Below, piece after piece: positions 57,259 through 64,000 of a DNA stretch of 64,000 bases. Each line of letters begins with the position of its first letter. Position 1 is the first letter of the stretch. The notes under the pieces were generated by a model. That model was not told the origin of the DNA, searched no databases, and worked only from the letters and a program-made list of their open reading frames with translations. Origin of the DNA: the human T2T-CHM13v2.0 reference genome, Homo sapiens; assembly GCF_009914755.1 (NCBI RefSeq), contig NC_060929.1; one strand, 5' to 3'. The position numbers and the translations under genes were made by a program.

Positions 57259-58641
57259 TTTTTTGTTTGTTTGTTTTTTGTTTTGTTTTCTTTTTTGAGA
57301 CAGGGTCTTACTCTATCACCCAGGCTGAATTGCAGTGGTGCATTCATAGCTCATTGCAGCCTCAACCTCTCAGGCCCAAGTGATCCTCCCACCTCAGCCT
57401 CCTGAGTAGCTGGGAACACAGGCATGCACCACCATGCTTGGCTAATTTTACTTTTTGTAGATAAAGGGCCTCCCTGTGTTGCCCAGGTTGGTCTTCAATT
57501 CCTGGGCTCAAGTAATTTGCCCTCCTTGGCCTCCCAAAGTGTTGTGATTACAGGTGTGAGCCACCATGCCCAGCCTCTAGTGAAGATTAAGTCCATTTTT
57601 GTTGCTAATTTTCTGTCTTGATGATCTTTCAAGTGCTGAAAGTGAGGTGTTGGCTTCTCCAACTATTATTATATTAGAGTCTATATTTTTAGCACTAATA
57701 ATATTTGTTATATATATTTGGGTGCTTTGGTGTTGGTGCATATATATTTACAATATTATATCCTCTTGCTGAATTGACCCCTTTATCATTATATAATGAT
57801 ATGTGATCATTGATGATCATTGTATATATTATTATATGACATATATAATAATATAACCTTCTTTCTTTTTTTGTTTTTATTTTTTTACTTAAATTCTATA
57901 TATATTTCTTTTCTTTGTTGAAACAGGGTCTCAGTCTGTTGCCTAGGCTAGAGTGGAGTGGCATGATCATGGCTCACTGCAGCCTTGATTTCCTGGGCCC
58001 AAGCAATCTTCCCACCTCAGCCTACTCAGTAGGTGGGACCACAGGCATGTGACACCATGCCTAGCTAGTTTTCTTATTTTTTGTGGAGATGGGATTTCCC
58101 TATGTTGCCCAGGCTGGTCTCCAACTCCTGAACTCAAGCAGTCCTCCTGCCTTGGCCTCCTAAATTATTGGGATTATAAGCATGAGCCACTGCATCCAGC
58201 CTTATATTTTCTAATAAAAGTATAGCTCCTCCTGCGTGTTTTTGGTTTCCATTTGTGTGGAATATTTGTTCCATCCCTTCAGTCTATGTGTGTCCTTACA
58301 AGTGAAATGAGTTTCTTGTAGGCAGCTTATAGTTAGATCTTGTTTGGTTTGGTTTGGTTTGATTTGATTTTTTTTTTTTGAGACTGAGTCTTGCTCTCTC
58401 GCCCAGGCTGGAGTGCAGTAGCGCAATCTAGGTTCACTGCAACCTCTGTCTCCAAGGTTAAAGTGATTCTCATGCCTCAGCCTCCTGAGTAGCTGGGATT
58501 ACAGATCTGCACCCCCACATATGGATAATTTTGGTATTTTTAGTACAGACAGTGTTTCACTATGTTGGCCAGGCTGGTTTCGAACTCCTGACCTCAAATG
58601 ATCCATCCGCCTCAGCCTCCAAAAATGCTGGGATTACAGGT
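57259..58641 (-). mobile_element. Three reverse Alus inside the L1 (57259-57575, 57905-58201, 58343-58641)
   Basis: Two J-like and one S-like reverse dimers. Confidence 0.9.
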
Positions 58642-60395
58642 GTGAGCCACTGCATCTTGCTGGGAATTGTTTTATTAATTCATTCAGCCAGTCTGTATCT
58701 TTTAATTGGGGAATTTAAGCCATTTACATTCAAGGTTGCTATCGACAGGTGAGGACTTACTCCTGACATTTTGTTGATTGTTTTCTGATTGGTGTATTCT
58801 TTGTTCTCTTCTTCCTCTTTTATTGTTTACCTTTACAGTTGGTGGATTTCTGTAGTGAATATGTTTGAGTCCTCTTTCTTCCTCATTTTCTTTCTCATCT
58901 GTTCTCTCAGTGAGCTTTATACTTTCATGTGTTTTCGCGATAGAAAATGTCCTTTTGCTTCCAAATGTAGGACTTCCTTAAGCATTTCTTTTAAGATCTG
59001 TAGTGGTGATAAATTCCCTCAGTTTTTGCTTGTCTGGGAAAGACTATTTCTCCTTCATTTTTGAAGAATAGCTTTTCTAGGGATAGTATTCTTGGTTGGC
59101 AGGGTTTTTTTTCTCTTTCATTTGAATATAGTGTCCCATTGTCTCCTAACCTATAAGGTTTCAGCTGAGAAATACACTGTTAGTCTGATGGAAATTCCCT
59201 TATATCTGACTTATGTGACTTGATGCTTTTCTCTAGTGGTTTTCGGAGTTCTCTCTTCATCTTTGATTTTTGACAGTTTGATTATAGCATGCATTGGAAA
59301 AACATCTTTTTGGATTGAACCTACTTAGAGATCTTTGAGCTTCCTGTATCTGGATGTCTATATTTCTTGCAAGACTTGAGATGTTTTCAGCTATTATTTC
59401 ATTAAATAGGTTTTCTATGACTTTGTCCATCTCTTCTTCTGGAACTCCTAAAACTTGAATATTTTTATGATTTATAGTATTCCGATATATCACATAGGCT
59501 TCATTCTTTTCTCTCTCTTGTTCTCTTTTTTTTTTTTGTCTGAATGAGTTATTTTAAAAGATCTCTTATCAAGTCCAATTTTTTTTCTGTTTGATCTAGT
59601 CTATTATTGAAGCTCTTGATTTTATTTTTTAATTCATTGAATTATTCAACTTCAGGATTTCTGTTTGGTTCTTTTTTATGATACCTATCTCCTTGTTGAA
59701 TTTCTCATTCAGCTCATAAATTGTTTTCCTGATTTCTTTGTATTGTTTATCTGCATTCTCTTGCAACTTGCTGGATTCCTTTAAGATCATTATTTTGAAT
59801 TATTTTTTAGACAAGTCATAAGTTTTATTTGGGATCTGTTGCTAGAGAATTATTGTATTCCTTTGGAAGTGTTATGTTTCCTTTCCTTTCCATGTTTTCT
59901 GGTGTCCTTATGGTGATTGCTGCACATTTAGTGTTACTTCTTCCAATTCTATCTATTGACTTTCATAGGGAAAGTCTTTATTCCTATACATGTATAATGG
60001 TGTTGGTTGGGAAGGGTGCTTTGGCTTTGCTTCTGGGTAGACACATTAGTGTAGTCTTCATAATGACTTCTTTGGCTGTAATCAGCATCAGTGATAACTG
60101 TGAGTTCTTCATTGGCTTAGGTTGCACTTGTTGGTAGAGGCTGGGGCAAGGCTTTGTTGGGATCAGGGACACTAGGCAGCCACTCCTCAGGCACCAGTAG
60201 TGGTGGCAGTGAGTCAGATGTGCCAGTCTTCACATGCCTGGGTAGCATACACAGATACCAGTGGTGGCTGGTCTGGGTGGGCTGGTCCTTGAGCCTCCAG
60301 GTGGCATGCTCAGGTGCTGGTGGTGGCAGTGGTAGGCTAGGCAGGTAGGTCCTTGGGCCCCTGGACAGTGTGCATGGCATTGGTGGTGACAGGCT

Positions 60396-61460
<1,065 letters not shown>

Positions 61461-62259
61461 GTATTGCTGGAGGACAACCCTTGGACCCTCATACAGTGCA
61501 TGCACATGCCAGCAGTGGCAGTGGTGGCCTTGGTGGGCTAGTGTCCAGCACATGGAGGTACTGGTGGCAGTTGGGGTGGGTCCATCCTGGATAGTGCATG
61601 CATGTGCTGGTGGCGGTGGGTAGGGTAGGACTATCCTCAGGCCTCCAGACAGTAGGTACAGGTGGTGGCAGTGAGCAGGAGGAGCTGGTCTGTAGGCCCC
61701 TGGAAGGTGTGCATGGGCGCTGGTGGGTGGCAAGCAAGGCAGATTGATCTCCAGGTCCCCCAGTGGCATGCATGGAGACTGGCTCTAAAAGGGTTTTAAT
61801 CACAGCACTTTTTTTGTAAAAGAAAAATATTCTAAATAACCTAAATACCCATGGATAGCTAATAAGTTATGATACAGCTACAAAATGATTTGCAAGATAT
61901 AGTATTAAGGTAAAAAAAAGCAGGATGTATTTGTGTAATATGGTGGTCGAAGGACCACTAACAGTGACTATCCATGGTGAGGTAAACTGGGTGATGGAGA
62001 GAAGAGATAAGGGCTGGAGACTCTTTTGCTATATCACCTTTTGTGCTTTTGGAATTTCATACCAGCTTCACATATTGGTTATTTCTAGAATTTTATTATT
62101 GTGGTAGGCAAAATTTAAAAATTCCCCTCACCTGAGAGTTCTTGTCCTGGAACTCAAAAATATGATTAAAATATCACCCCTCTAATTGTTACGTTATATG
62201 GCACAGTTGACCTTAAATGGGAAATTACCTGGAAGACCCATGTAGGCCCTGCAAGTGGG

Positions 62260-62910
62260 CTTTGAGTCATGTGGGCAGGCAATTCTGGGGTTCTGGGTAT
62301 CTGGATTATGGTCTAAACCACAGGGCTTTGTGGATTCCTTGTTCCCTAGGAAGGGACATGGCAAAAGGAAGGCTAAGTGGGGGCTCTGGAGGAGGCAAAA
62401 TTTCCCTTTCCTCTTAGGCTCTCTGGCTAGGCTTGAGAATTAAATTGACATAAGATAGATGAATAACAGAAAAGCATACATACTTTATTTAGTAATTTTT
62501 ACTTGTACATGGGAGCCCTCACAAGAAAAACGAAACTCAAAGGAGCAATTAGGGCTGAAAGCTTACCTAACAGGCTGGACAAAGAATAGTAAAGTTTGAA
62601 AACATGACAAAGAGGTTTGGGGTAGAACACTTAATTGTGGAAAAGTGGCTAGGCAGATAAGGGTTAGTTTAATAAGGTTTTTTGGTACCCGTTTCTCTCT
62701 CAGCTTTGACACCCCATCTCTGAGAATAAGAGTGTCTTCCTCCTGGTCAGGGAGGGTACCTTTCACATGAGAGTTTTATCTCTTGCTTTGAGGAAGAAAA
62801 AGGAAGATCAGAATGCCATTCTTGCACCTGCTGTTTCTTAAGTGCCTTTAACTCAAAGTAATAGATATGCCAAAATGGCACATTTTGGGGTGGCATGCTC
62901 TTTATCCCTA
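62260..62910. mobile_element. Probable ERV1-class LTR (MER-type), subfamily not determined
   Basis: gagaattaaattgacataagatagat...gcatacatactttatt...caaagtaatagatatgccaaaatggcacattttggggtggc resembles MER31/34/39-type LTRs. Confidence 0.5.
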
Positions 62911-63387
62911 CAAAGCCCGGTCAGGGACCCTGCTACCTGAGCTTTAGGGCAATAGTGTTTACATGACTTCTTTTCCATGAAGCTTTCCTAATATCTCCTC
63001 AGCCTGAGTAAGTTTTTCCTCCCCTGAACTCCTTTATCACTTAATTCTTACCATATGTTGCCTCAGGAAGAAGACATTGAAGCTTTTAGAAGGATAAACT
63101 CTACTCATGAATAGTTGCATCTCAGGAACAGGAGTAGAAGGGGTAGACAACATGTGTTGTAAATTTCAAAACAAACTTTCAAAAAGCATACATTGCTTCC
63201 CATTGTCAGGAAATGTTTCATATGTGTAAGTCACGACTTCTGTACTAGACTGTAAGCTTCTGAGGACAGCAGCATATTGAATCCTTGTATCTACTATAGG
63301 ACCTAATATGTGTATAAGGATGCTTAATGAATATTCATGAAGTGTATGTGAGTAAGTCAACCTGAGACAGAGAATTCTATCTGCATC

Positions 63388-63960
63388 TGTGTCAAATAGT
63401 ATGTTTTTGATGCAAGAAACAAAATTTCTAATGAACTTAGTTAATAAGGAAGTATATTATCTCCCAAAACAGTTAAAAGAAATTGTGCAGGCTCTGGAAA
63501 CAATCCATGGGGGCTCCAGTTCCATTTGTCTGCTAATATATTTGTCTTCCCTATCTCCTGTGCTATCTTTGTCCTCAGGCAGCCTTCCCTCATGGTCAAA
63601 AAATGGATGCCAATATCAACTGGGACAGAATATTGTCCTCTCACACTGTCAGGAGGGGGCTTTGGAGTGGGGGGCTCAGAAAAAGAGAGAGAGAGGGAGG
63701 GAAGGAGAGAGAGAGGAAAAACCCTCTTCACCCATCATGAAAAGTCCCTCCTTTCAGTCTGAAAGGGCCAACTTGAGTCACAGGGCCTTTGAAACCTGTA
63801 GCCATGGGAATGCCCCAGGAGGACTGACTTCCCACAAGTGGGATGGCATTGCTATAATTGGCTTAGAGTATCCAGGAACCTACCCTGGAGTTGGGGATGG
63901 AGTTAGCTTTTCCTGAGTCACTTGGGGAACACTGAGCCAAATCCCAGATCTCTTAGCAAG
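63388..63960 (-). mobile_element. Probable old MLT1 LTR
   Basis: tgtgtcaaatagtatgtttttgatgcaagaaacaaaa terminus; aaaaatggatgcc internal motif. Confidence 0.45.
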
Positions 63961-64000
63961 AAACCTGAGCAAAATCTCGTTATCTTAGGAAGGAGGAAGC

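Noticed and set aside
63389-63916. 175-aa plus-strand ORF
   Set aside because: GTG start, inside a probable MLT1 LTR and GA-rich low-complexity sequence

Overview
Human (primate) genomic DNA that I recognise from its translated exons as the RAD1 - BRIX1 - DNAJC21 locus (chr5p13, from memory). RAD1 (minus strand, 5 coding exons, 849 nt = 282 aa) and BRIX1 (plus strand, 10 exons, 1062 nt = 353 aa) sit head-to-head on a shared CpG-island promoter. DNAJC21 (plus strand, 12 exons, 1596 nt = 531 aa) follows from a second CpG island. I traced all exon boundaries by hand; all are GT-AG and join in frame. The rest is repeat-rich: about 35 Alus (including a young AluYb8 and AluYa5), hAT and mariner DNA transposons, MaLR/ERV1 LTRs, and a nested L1 > HSMAR2 > Alu and L1 > LTR8 > AluY stack at 55-62 kb. 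Most other entries in the ORF track are Alu/L1 translations or GC-rich artefacts. I found no new gene or convincing undescribed system. The least explained signal is a 70-bp, 67/70-identical element present in two BRIX1 introns, each copy 60-80 nt upstream of a 3' splice site. Other leads are an L1-derived DNAJC21 cassette exon, an alternative acceptor, upstream ORFs and Alu-flanked candidate circRNAs. Repeat boundaries and subfamily calls are by eye and approximate.
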